From an uncultured Gemmatimonadaceae bacterium (GTDB taxonomy: Bacteria; Gemmatimonadota; Gemmatimonadetes; Gemmatimonadales; GWC2-71-9), in assembly GCA_964627675.1 (NCBI GenBank), contig CAZVKD010000002.1, positions 4,207 through 40,305 of the forward strand: a stretch of DNA of 36,099 nucleotides. Reading direction: 5' to 3'. Positions within the stretch are counted from its first letter, which is position 1; each line of letters starts with the position of its first letter. A program made the position numbers and the translations under genes. The notes beneath the pieces were generated by a model. That model saw only the letters and a list, made by a program, of their open reading frames with translations. It was not told the DNA's origin and did not search any database. This document shows, piece by piece, positions 9,904 through 17,366 of this stretch.

Positions 9904-10400
9904 CCCGACCCTCGCACCGGAAGCCAGCGACGGAAGAGCACCAGGATGGCCACGCCGGTCAGGGCCGTCGTGAGCGCCTTGAGCGGCGACCACACCGCCA
10001 GCTGCCACAGCAACAGCGAGCCCTGGAGGTGCCCGGCGCCCAGCAGGACCAGGAAATCGCGCAGCCACGTGCCGGCAACGAAGAAGCCGCCGCTCACCGC
10101 CAGGTTCTCCGCGAAAAACACCGCCTTTCCCCAAGCCGCGAGGTAGCCCACGATGGTGTGCGCCATGGCGCCGGAACCTACGGCCACCGGGGTCAACGCA
10201 TCCCCCACCATTCCGACCACGAACCCGGCAATCGCCGCCGCCCCCGGGCGGGCCCGAATCGCGTACACCAGGAGCGCGACCAGCAGAATGTCCGGCGCGA
10301 GCCGCGCTTCCTCGCCGAACCAGGGACGTAGCGCAAAGTGGAGAACGGCGAGAAACAGCAGCAGCGCCCCGAGCCGATACGAGGCTCCGCCCCGGCTCAC
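9900..10400 (-). CDS. mreD: Rod shape-determining protein MreD
   Basis: A 166-aa hydrophobic protein (LLLFLAVLHFALRPWF...ILLVALLVYAI...) lies between mreC and mrdA. The GTG at 10400 forms a GTGA overlap with the mreC stop. The 429-aa ORF-track version is an out-of-frame read across mreC. Confidence 0.8.
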   Translation of the reverse strand: MSRGGASYRLGALLLFLAVLHFALRPWFGEEARLAPDILLVALLVYAIRARPGAAAIAGFVVGMVGDALTPVAVGSGAMAHTIVGYLAAWGKAVFFAENLAVSGGFFVAGTWLRDFLVLLGAGHLQGSLLLWQLAVWSPLKALTTALTGVAILVLFRRWLPVRGSG

Positions 10401-11245
10401 GGGGCGGGTCCCGGGAACGCGGCCCGCACGTCGAGCCCGGTTTCCAACAGGAGAATGACGTGCGACACGGAGGCCGGATGGACCAGCGGACGTACCACGT
10501 AGGTGCGCGCCCAGCCGACCTGCTCTTCGCTGACCCCCACGATCGTCCCGATGGGAACGCCGCGCGGGAATACCCCGCCCTCCCCGGTGGCGAGGCCCGA
10601 CGTGTAGATCAGCGTCCCGGGATGCACCGTTTCCCGATACGGCACTCCTTGCAGCTCCAGCAAGGTGGAGGGTCCCCCGCCGCTCAGCGGCGCCACGATG
10701 CCGAACACCGACCCGTCCGCCGTCATGGCGCTGGCGCGGAAGTCCGGATGGGCCCACGCCACGGCCACGGAGGTGCGCGGTTCGACGCTGCGCACCACGC
10801 CCACCAACCCTCCGGGCGCAATGACCGGCACCAGCGGACGCACGCCCTGCCGTGCCCCCGCCGACAACAGCAGGGTGAAACCATCGGTTGGCAGCGCCTG
10901 ATGCAGCACTTCCGCGGAAAGGTGGCGTACGGGCAGTCTGGCGCGCAACGCAAGCGCAGCCCGGAGCTGGGCGTTCTCTTCCTGCACCCCGTCCAGGAGC
11001 GCCGCGGCGACCAGCGCGGAATCGCGCTGCGCCACGACGTCCTCGTAGCGCGTCCGCGAGGTGCGGAACAACTCGGCCTGTTGTTGCAACGCCAGGAACG
11101 GCGCCAAGAACGAACGGCGAAGCGACGTGGCGATGGCGGTGTGAACCTCGGGCGGCGCGGCCCGGGCGGCGATGGACAGCAAGAGGCACGTGGCGAAGGC
11201 GAGCGTGTCGCGACGGGTCGCGAAGCGTTCCGACGGGGGACCCAC
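10397..11245 (-). CDS. mreC: Rod shape-determining protein MreC
   Basis: It has an N-terminal TM and a coiled-coil segment (VQEENAQLRAAL). Beta-rich domains follow (GGLVGVVRSVEPRTSVAV...SGLATGEGGVFPRGVPIGTIV). It starts 5 nt downstream of mreB. Confidence 0.88.
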   Translation of the reverse strand: MGPPSERFATRRDTLAFATCLLLSIAARAAPPEVHTAIATSLRRSFLAPFLALQQQAELFRTSRTRYEDVVAQRDSALVAAALLDGVQEENAQLRAALALRARLPVRHLSAEVLHQALPTDGFTLLLSAGARQGVRPLVPVIAPGGLVGVVRSVEPRTSVAVAWAHPDFRASAMTADGSVFGIVAPLSGGGPSTLLELQGVPYRETVHPGTLIYTSGLATGEGGVFPRGVPIGTIVGVSEEQVGWARTYVVRPLVHPASVSHVILLLETGLDVRAAFPGPAP

Positions 11246-11250
11246 GGGGC

Positions 11251-12288
11251 TCAGGTGGTCAACACGGACTCATACTTCTCGGGATCCTCGAGGATTCGCC
11301 CGGTCCCCCGCACGACGCACGTGAGCGGATCTTCGTCCACTCGAATGGGCAGCGAAGTTTCCTGCGACAGCAGCACATCCAGCCCGCGAATCAGCGAGCC
11401 GCCGCCGGCCATCACGATGCCGCGATCCACGATATCGCTGGCCAGCTCGGGCGGCGTGATCTCCAGGGCCCGCCGGACGGCGTCCACGATCTGCTGGATG
11501 GGTTCCTGAATGGCTTCGCGAATCTCGCTGGAATGGACCCGCACCACCTTCGGAATGCCCGAGACGAGGTCCCGTCCCTTGGCTTCCATATCCCGCTCTT
11601 CTCCCACCGGCGCCGCCGACCCGATCTGAATCTTGATGGCTTCGGCCGTCGGCTCGCCGATGAGCAAGTTGTAGTTCTTGCGCATGAACTGCACGATGGC
11701 CTGATCCAGCTCGTCCCCACCGGTGCGGATGGAGGTGTCGGATACGATACCCGACAGCGCGATCACCGCGATTTCCGTGGTCCCGCCACCGATGTCAATC
11801 ACCATGTTGCCCGTGGGCGTCTCCACCGGCAGGCCCACCCCGATGGCCGCGGCCATGGGCTCGGCCACCATGTACACGTCCTTGGCGCCCGCGGAGTGCG
11901 CGCTATCCCGCACCGCCCGTTTCTCCACCTCCGTGATGCCGCTGGGCACACAGACGATCACCCGCGGCTTGACCCGAAAGACGTGTTTCTGGATGATGGA
12001 CGAGAGGAAGTACCGCAGCATCTTCTCGGTGACATCGAAGTCGGCGATCACTCCGTCCTTGAGCGGCCGCACGGCGAGAATGCCCTCGGGCGTGCGCCCC
12101 AGCATCCGCTTGGCTTCGAGGCCGATGCCTTTGACGACGCCGGTGCCTTTTTCGACCGCGACGACGGACGGCTCGTTGAGCACGATGCCCTCGCCGCGGA
12201 CGTAAATCAGCGTGTTGGATGTGCCGAGATCAACCGCGATCTCGTTCGCAGGAAGGAGGCTTCCCAGCTTCAGCTTGGGCCAGCGCAT
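11251..12288 (-). CDS. mreB: Rod shape-determining actin homologue MreB
   Basis: The sequence IAVDLGTSNTLIYVRGEGIVLNEPSVVA...DIGGGTTEIAVIALSGIV...GIVMAGGGSLIRGLD is diagnostic. The ATG at 12288 gives 345 aa. The upstream 36 codons of the ORF-track call are non-homologous. Confidence 0.96.
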   Translation of the reverse strand: MRWPKLKLGSLLPANEIAVDLGTSNTLIYVRGEGIVLNEPSVVAVEKGTGVVKGIGLEAKRMLGRTPEGILAVRPLKDGVIADFDVTEKMLRYFLSSIIQKHVFRVKPRVIVCVPSGITEVEKRAVRDSAHSAGAKDVYMVAEPMAAAIGVGLPVETPTGNMVIDIGGGTTEIAVIALSGIVSDTSIRTGGDELDQAIVQFMRKNYNLLIGEPTAEAIKIQIGSAAPVGEERDMEAKGRDLVSGIPKVVRVHSSEIREAIQEPIQQIVDAVRRALEITPPELASDIVDRGIVMAGGGSLIRGLDVLLSQETSLPIRVDEDPLTCVVRGTGRILEDPEKYESVLTT

Positions 12289-12366
12289 CAGGGTTGTCGC
12301 ACTCGGGTTGCCGAACGGGTGGCGAGCGTGCCGCGCTGGCCATGTGGGGCAGCGCACGGGCGCACT

Positions 12367-12396
12367 AACATAATGAACGCCCCTAAGTGCTGACAA
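12367..12396 (-). promoter_or_regulatory. Candidate sigma70-type promoter for mreB (TTGTCA-18-TATGTT, or 17-TTATGT)
   Basis: The minus strand reads gggcTTGTCAgcacttaggggcgttcatTATGTTagtg. This is a local AT-rich island in the 133-nt ald-mreB spacer, about 72 nt upstream of the mreB ATG. Confidence 0.5.
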
Positions 12397-12421
12397 GCCC
12401 GAGACTTAAACCGTTGCGTCC

Positions 12422-13534
12422 CTACACCACCGAGTCCACTGGCACCAACGGCAGTCCAAAAGCCTCGGCCACGCCCGGGTAGACCACTTTCCCCTCGACC
12501 ACGTTCAGCCCCAACCGCAGCGCGCGATCGGCCCGACAGGCCGCTCGCCAGCCGTCCCGCGCCAGTCGTCTGGCGTACGGGAGGGTGGCGTTGGTGAGCG
12601 CCAGCGTGGACGTGCGGGGAACCGCCCCCGGCATGTTGGCCACGCCGTAATGCACCACGCCGTCCACGATGTAGGTGGGATTCTCGTGCGTAGTCGGCCG
12701 GATCGTCTCGATGCACCCGCCCTGATCCACCGACACGTCCACCACGACCGACCCCGGTTTCATCAGTTTGAGGTCCTCGCGGCGCACCAGCTTGGGCGCC
12801 TTGGCCCCGGGTACCAAGACGGCCCCGATCGTGAGATCGGCCTGGCTCAGCTGGTCGAGGATGTTGCGGCGGTTGGAATACAGCAATCGAACGTTGGCGG
12901 GCATGACGTCTGCCAGATACCGCAGCCGGTCGAGCGACAGGTCGAGCAGCGTGACACTGGCCCCGAGTCCCGCCGCCATCCGCGCCGCATTCGTGCCGAC
13001 CACCCCGCCGCCGATCACGAGCACCTGGGCCGGCAGCACGCCTGGAACCCCGCCAAGCAAGATGCCCGAGCCGCCGCTGACGGCTTCGAGGTACTTCGCG
13101 CCCTCCTGCACGGCCATGCGCCCGGCCACTTCACTCATGGGCGTGAGCAGGGGAAGTTCCCCGGAATCGAGCTGCACGGTCTCGTAGGCAAGCGCGATGC
13201 ACTGAGACTGCACCACGGCCCGTACCAGGTCTTCGCTGGCCGCAAAATGGAAATACGTGAAGATGGCCTGCTTGGGGCGCATCAGGGGCCACTCGGGCGA
13301 GATCGGCTCTTTCACCTTCATGATCATGTCGGCTTCGGCCCACACGGCGCGCGCCGTGGGTACGATCCTCGCCCCCACGTTCTGGTAGGCCGCGTCCGGG
13401 AACCCGCTCCCCACGCCGGCGCCGGCCTCCACCAACACCGTGTGCCCGTCGGCCACCAGCACCTCAGCCCCGGCCGGCACCAACGCCACGCGGTTCTCGT
13501 TCGTCTTGATCTCTCTGGGGACGCCGATGATCAT
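12422..13534 (-). CDS. ald: Alanine dehydrogenase
   Basis: The sequence [20 protein letters not shown]...KVKEP...MSEVAGRMA...[20 protein letters not shown]...DVSVDQGGC is full-length AlaDH/PNT family. The ATG at 13534 gives 370 aa. Confidence 0.93.
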   Translation of the reverse strand: MIIGVPREIKTNENRVALVPAGAEVLVADGHTVLVEAGAGVGSGFPDAAYQNVGARIVPTARAVWAEADMIMKVKEPISPEWPLMRPKQAIFTYFHFAASEDLVRAVVQSQCIALAYETVQLDSGELPLLTPMSEVAGRMAVQEGAKYLEAVSGGSGILLGGVPGVLPAQVLVIGGGVVGTNAARMAAGLGASVTLLDLSLDRLRYLADVMPANVRLLYSNRRNILDQLSQADLTIGAVLVPGAKAPKLVRREDLKLMKPGSVVVDVSVDQGGCIETIRPTTHENPTYIVDGVVHYGVANMPGAVPRTSTLALTNATLPYARRLARDGWRAACRADRALRLGLNVVEGKVVYPGVAEAFGLPLVPVDSVV

Positions 13535-13544
13535 GGCTCGCTCG

Positions 13545-14816
13545 TCAGTTGGCTGATGGCGATGCCCCGACCGGTCCCAGCCAGACGACGGCCTGGCGGT
13601 CCGGGGGGTAGAACTCCGCGGCGACCGCGGCAACGTCATTCTGACCCACCCGGTCAATCTCCGCCAGCACTTGATCCAGGGTCCGGTAGGGCTCGTCGTA
13701 CAACGCCAGGGTCGCCAGTCGGTACATGCGCGCGGCGGGACTTTCGAGCCCGAGCGTGACCTGCCCCTTCACTTGCTGCGCGGCCTCGACCAGCTGGGCG
13801 CCAACCAGCCCCTCTCGCGATATCCGCTGCAATTCCTCGCGGATGGCCTCCACGGCCTGCTGGCTGGTTGAGGGGTGCGTACCGACGTACACCCCGGCCA
13901 CGCCGGCCTGCTGGTAGAACGACTGGAAGGAATGCACCGAATAGGCCAGTCCCAGTTCCTCGCGGACCCGCTGAAACAGGCGGCTCGACATCCCGCCTCC
14001 CAGCACGGTGCTGATCAACAGCAACGCGTAGCGCCGCCGGTCTCCGTAGGGGAACGTATCCGTGCCGAGCACCACGTGCATTTGCGCCGTATCGCGTTCG
14101 ACTCGGCGCTCGGTCCGACAACCGGGTGGGACCGGCGGGACGCCCCGCGGCTCCGGACCGGGGTCGAAGGTGAACCATCCGCACCGGGCCAACAGCTTGA
14201 GCAGGACCTCGTGATGGAGGCTGCCGGCCGCCGCGATTACCACGTGCCGCGGGTGATACGCTTGCAGGTGGAGCGCGCGCAGGTCATCGGCCTGGAGGCC
14301 GCCCACGGTCTCGCGCGTCCCGATAATGGGGAACCCGTAGGGATGCTCCGGCCACAGCGTGCGGGCGTGCAGATCGAAGACGAGATCGTCCGGTGTGTCT
14401 TCCACCGTGCTGATCTCCTCCAACACGACCCTGCGTTCGAGCGCGAGATCCGTCTCCCGCAACGACGGGTTGCGCACCAGATCGGTCAGGACGTCCAGCG
14501 CCCGCGGCAGGTCCTCATCCAGCACGCGCGCCTGGAAGGACGTGTGATCCCGCGACGTGAACGCGTCGAGGGCGCCGCCCCGCGCTTCCAGTTCGAGCGC
14601 GATGTCCCGCGCGCTCCGCCGGGCGGTGCCTTTGAACACCATGTGCTCGAGCAGGTGGGAGACCCCCATGGTATGCGGGTTCTCATGCGCCGAGGCCGTC
14701 CGCACCCACACGCCCACGGCCACCGACCGAACGGCGGGCATGGCCTCCGACAGGACCGTCACGCCGTTGTCGGCGGTGGTCTGGTAGAGACCCTCGTCCA
14801 GCTTCACGGTCTGCAT
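13545..14816 (-). CDS. M16-family (pitrilysin/insulinase-like) zinc peptidase
   Basis: It has the inverted zinc motif HLLEHMVFKGT with a downstream ...LDAFTSRDHTSF.... The 423-aa length and the position right after pnp match a gene pairing conserved in many phyla. Confidence 0.88.
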   Translation of the reverse strand: MQTVKLDEGLYQTTADNGVTVLSEAMPAVRSVAVGVWVRTASAHENPHTMGVSHLLEHMVFKGTARRSARDIALELEARGGALDAFTSRDHTSFQARVLDEDLPRALDVLTDLVRNPSLRETDLALERRVVLEEISTVEDTPDDLVFDLHARTLWPEHPYGFPIIGTRETVGGLQADDLRALHLQAYHPRHVVIAAAGSLHHEVLLKLLARCGWFTFDPGPEPRGVPPVPPGCRTERRVERDTAQMHVVLGTDTFPYGDRRRYALLLISTVLGGGMSSRLFQRVREELGLAYSVHSFQSFYQQAGVAGVYVGTHPSTSQQAVEAIREELQRISREGLVGAQLVEAAQQVKGQVTLGLESPAARMYRLATLALYDEPYRTLDQVLAEIDRVGQNDVAAVAAEFYPPDRQAVVWLGPVGASPSAN

Positions 14817-14826
14817 CGGACGAGGA

Positions 14827-16914
14827 CTACGGCTTGTCCAGGACGGCCTTCCGCGACAACCGCATCTTCCCGCGCCCGTCCACCTCGATCAGCTTCACGC
14901 GGACGTGGTCGCCTTTCTTCACGACGTCTTCGGTGCGCTCGGTGCGCCCGTGCTGCAGCTCGGAGATATGGAGCAGGCCCTCGACACCGGGAAGGATTTC
15001 GACGAATGCGCCAAACGCGGTGGTGCTCTTCACCGTTCCCTCGTAGATCTGCCCCACTTCGGGCTCTTGCACCAGGGCCTGAATCATCTCTCTGGCGCGC
15101 TCGCCGGCCTCGCCGCTGGTCGAGGAGATGGTGATCAGACCCGAGTCGTCCACGTTGATCTCAGCGCCGGTCTGATCCTGGATGCCGCGGATGGTCTTGC
15201 CTTTCGGACCGATGATGTCGCCGATGCGATCCGGTTTGATCTGGAACGTGATGATCCGCGGGGCGTACTTGGAAAGGGTCGAACGGGGGCGCGCCAGCGT
15301 CTGATCCATGACGTCGAGGATGTGGAGCCGCCCCACGCGGGCCTTGGCCAACGCTTGCCTGATCACCGCAAGCTCGAGTCCCTGAATCTTGATGTCCATC
15401 TGTATCGCCGTCACGCCGTCCCGCGTCCCGGCCACCTTGAAGTCCATGTCGCCCAGGTGGTCTTCCGTGCCGAGGATGTCCGTCAGCACGGCCACCCGGT
15501 CGCCCTCCTTGATCAGCCCCATCGCCACGCCGGCACACGACGCCTTCATGGGAACGCCCGCATCCATCAGCGCGAGCGACCCGCCGCACACTGTGGCCAT
15601 GGACGACGATCCGTTGGACTCCAGAATGTCCGATACCACGCGGATCGTGTACGGGAACTGGTCGTAGGGCGGCAACAGGCCCTGCAGCGCGCGCTCCGCC
15701 AGGGCGCCATGGCCAACCTCACGCCGCGACACCCCGCGAATCGGTCGCACCTCGCCGGTGGAAAACGGCGGGAAGTTGTAATGCAGCATGAAGCTCTTGG
15801 TGGTTTCCTGGGCCACGTCGATCGTATCGATGCGCTGCTCGTCCGATACCGTGCCGAGCGTGGTGGACACCAGCGCCTGGGTCTGGCCGCGAGTGAAGAG
15901 GGCTGAACCGTGCGCCCTCGGCAGGAGGCCCACTTCGCAGGTGATGGGCCTCACAGTGTCCGGATCGCGCCCGTCTATGCGCTCCCCCCGGTCGAGGACC
16001 TGCGCCCGCATTGTCTCGTACTCGATATCGTCCAGCACCGCGCCCACGTCCTTCAGGTTCTCGGGGAAGGCCTCCGACAGCTGCTCGACCACGGTGGATC
16101 GAAGCGCGGCGAGGGCCTGGGCCCGTTCGCCCTTCACGGGAAGGTTCAGCGCCTCCTGCACCCGTTCCCCCACCAGCTCCCGCACCCGGGCGGCGAGATC
16201 CTCCGGGGGCGCGACTCTGGTCCAGGCCATCTTGGGCCTGCCCGCCGTGCGGATCAGCTCGTCCTCCATGGCGATCAGCTCCGCGATACCCTGCTGCGCG
16301 AATGCCAGGGCCTCGGCCACCTGCTCTTCGGGCAGTTCCAGGGTGCTGCCTTCGACCATCATGATCGAGCCCCGGGTGCCGGCGACCACCATGTCAATAT
16401 CGCTCAGCTCCAGCTGCTGGAACGTGGGGTTGAGCACCCAATGGCCGTTCACCCGTCCAACGCGAACGCCGGCAATGGGGCCGTTCCACGGGACGGGAGA
16501 GAGCGAGAGCGCCAGCGACGCCGCGGTAATCCCCAGAACATCGGCGTCGTTCTCCTGATCCGCCGACAGCACGTACAGGAACACCTGTACCTCGTGCTTG
16601 AAGCCGTCGGGAAACAGCGGGCGGATCGAACGATCTACCAATCGTCCCGCGAGGATTTCGTCGTCGCTCGGGCGACCCTCCCGTTTGATGAAGCCACCGG
16701 GAATCTTCCCCGCTGCGTAGCTCTTCTCGCGGTACTCCACGGTCAGGGGGAAGAACGGCAAGGCGGTCACCGTGTCGGCCACGGTGACCGCCGCGAGCAC
16801 GATGGTCTCGCCAAACTGCAGCAGGGCGCTCCCGGCCGCCTGTTTGGCCAGCCGTCCGGACTCGAGCCGAAGCGTGCGGCCGGCGATGGTACGTTCGAGA
16901 TGAAGAGCGGTCAT
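14827..16914 (-). CDS. pnp: Polyribonucleotide nucleotidyltransferase (PNPase)
   Basis: There are two RNase PH domains (...FPPFSTGE...GRREVGHGALAERAL...). KH (PDRIGDIIGPKGKTIRGI) and S1 (GQIYEGTVKSTTAFGAFVEILPGVEGLLHISE) domains follow. Total length is 695 aa. Confidence 0.97.
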   Translation of the reverse strand: MTALHLERTIAGRTLRLESGRLAKQAAGSALLQFGETIVLAAVTVADTVTALPFFPLTVEYREKSYAAGKIPGGFIKREGRPSDDEILAGRLVDRSIRPLFPDGFKHEVQVFLYVLSADQENDADVLGITAASLALSLSPVPWNGPIAGVRVGRVNGHWVLNPTFQQLELSDIDMVVAGTRGSIMMVEGSTLELPEEQVAEALAFAQQGIAELIAMEDELIRTAGRPKMAWTRVAPPEDLAARVRELVGERVQEALNLPVKGERAQALAALRSTVVEQLSEAFPENLKDVGAVLDDIEYETMRAQVLDRGERIDGRDPDTVRPITCEVGLLPRAHGSALFTRGQTQALVSTTLGTVSDEQRIDTIDVAQETTKSFMLHYNFPPFSTGEVRPIRGVSRREVGHGALAERALQGLLPPYDQFPYTIRVVSDILESNGSSSMATVCGGSLALMDAGVPMKASCAGVAMGLIKEGDRVAVLTDILGTEDHLGDMDFKVAGTRDGVTAIQMDIKIQGLELAVIRQALAKARVGRLHILDVMDQTLARPRSTLSKYAPRIITFQIKPDRIGDIIGPKGKTIRGIQDQTGAEINVDDSGLITISSTSGEAGERAREMIQALVQEPEVGQIYEGTVKSTTAFGAFVEILPGVEGLLHISELQHGRTERTEDVVKKGDHVRVKLIEVDGRGKMRLSRKAVLDKP

Positions 16915-16944
16915 AGGAGTTTCAGAGTGTCACGTACGGATGTA

Positions 16945-16981
16945 CCGCGGCGTCCCGGCAGGACGTTCCGGGACGCCGCGG
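16945..16981 (-). promoter_or_regulatory. Perfect 14-bp GC-rich hairpin in the rpsO-pnp spacer (terminator/attenuator or RNase III-type processing site)
   Basis: CCGCGGCGTCCCGG (16945-16958), a 9-nt loop, then CCGGGACGCCGCGG (16968-16981). It lies 14 nt after the rpsO stop and 30 nt before the pnp ATG. No U-tract follows on the transcribed strand. Confidence 0.6.
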
Positions 16982-16995
16982 GGAGATTGAGCGCG

Positions 16996-17256
16996 CTAAT
17001 GGCGCAGGCCGAGTTCTTCAATGAGCCGCCGGTAGCCCTCGAGGTCGCGTCGCTTGAGGTATTCGAGAATGCGCCGGCGTTTGCTGACCATCATGAGCAG
17101 GCCACGCCGGCCGTGATGGTCTTTGGGATGGCTGCGAAAGTGATCCGTGAGGGAGTTGATGCGCTCGGTGAGAAGCGCGACCTGCAGGCGCGCCGAGCCG
17201 GTGTCGTTCGGCGCCGTCCGATAGCGCTCGATAACGGCGTTCTTGTCAAAGCCCAT
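16996..17256 (-). CDS. rpsO: 30S ribosomal protein S15
   Basis: The sequence ...[49 protein letters not shown]...LIEELGLRH is diagnostic. The ATG at 17256 is preceded by GGAGGA at about 10 nt. The ORF-track start at 17274 is a TTG lying within that SD region. Confidence 0.95.
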   Translation of the reverse strand: MGFDKNAVIERYRTAPNDTGSARLQVALLTERINSLTDHFRSHPKDHHGRRGLLMMVSKRRRILEYLKRRDLEGYRRLIEELGLRH

Positions 17257-17328
17257 GAAACGTGTATCCTCCAACAGCCGGCGGCGGCACTGCTTGCGGT
17301 GGCTGCGCGTATGTGTGCGCAGCAGAGT

Positions 17329-17357
17329 AATTTACCCCCCGTCTACCACCCTGTAAA
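17329..17357 (-). promoter_or_regulatory. Candidate sigma70-type promoter for rpsO-pnp (TTTACA-17-TAAATT)
   Basis: The minus strand reads gacTTTACAgggtggtagacggggggTAAATTactc. The -35 is at 17357..17352 and the -10 at 17334..17329. This would give a leader of about 66 nt containing a GCTGCGC/GCGCAGC hairpin and the GGAGGA SD. Confidence 0.55.
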
Positions 17358-17359
17358 GT
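17331..17359 (+). promoter_or_regulatory. Candidate promoter for the Ser/Thr kinase gene (TTTACC-17-TAAAGT), positioned for a leaderless transcript
   Basis: The plus strand has TTTACC (17331-17336), a 17-nt spacer, and TAAAGT (17354-17359). Then 7 nt (ctaccac) precede the ATG at 17367. There is no SD upstream of the ATG. The hexamers physically overlap those of the opposing rpsO promoter. Confidence 0.4.
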
Positions 17360-17366
17360 CTACCAC
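17341..17366. repeat. 9-nt direct repeat GTCTACCAC x2 (17341-17349 and 17358-17366), 17-nt period, in the rpsO/kinase divergent control region
   Basis: Exact repeat read directly from the sequence. The second copy abuts the kinase ATG. Confidence 0.8.

Noticed and set aside
7984-10146. Very long plus-strand ORFs antisense to real genes: 7984..10146 (720 aa), 4723..6474 (583 aa), 27518..29191 (557 aa), 10888..12393 (501 aa), 15910..17370 (486 aa), 13875..15134 (419 aa), 19036..20277 (413 aa).
   Set aside because: Their translations are Arg/Pro/Gly/His/Ala-rich low-complexity strings with no recognisable motifs. Each lies exactly opposite a gene with unambiguous homology (mrdA, folC/accD, accC, mreB/mreC, pnp, M16, rseP). 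Stop-codon-poor antisense frames are expected at ~70% GC.
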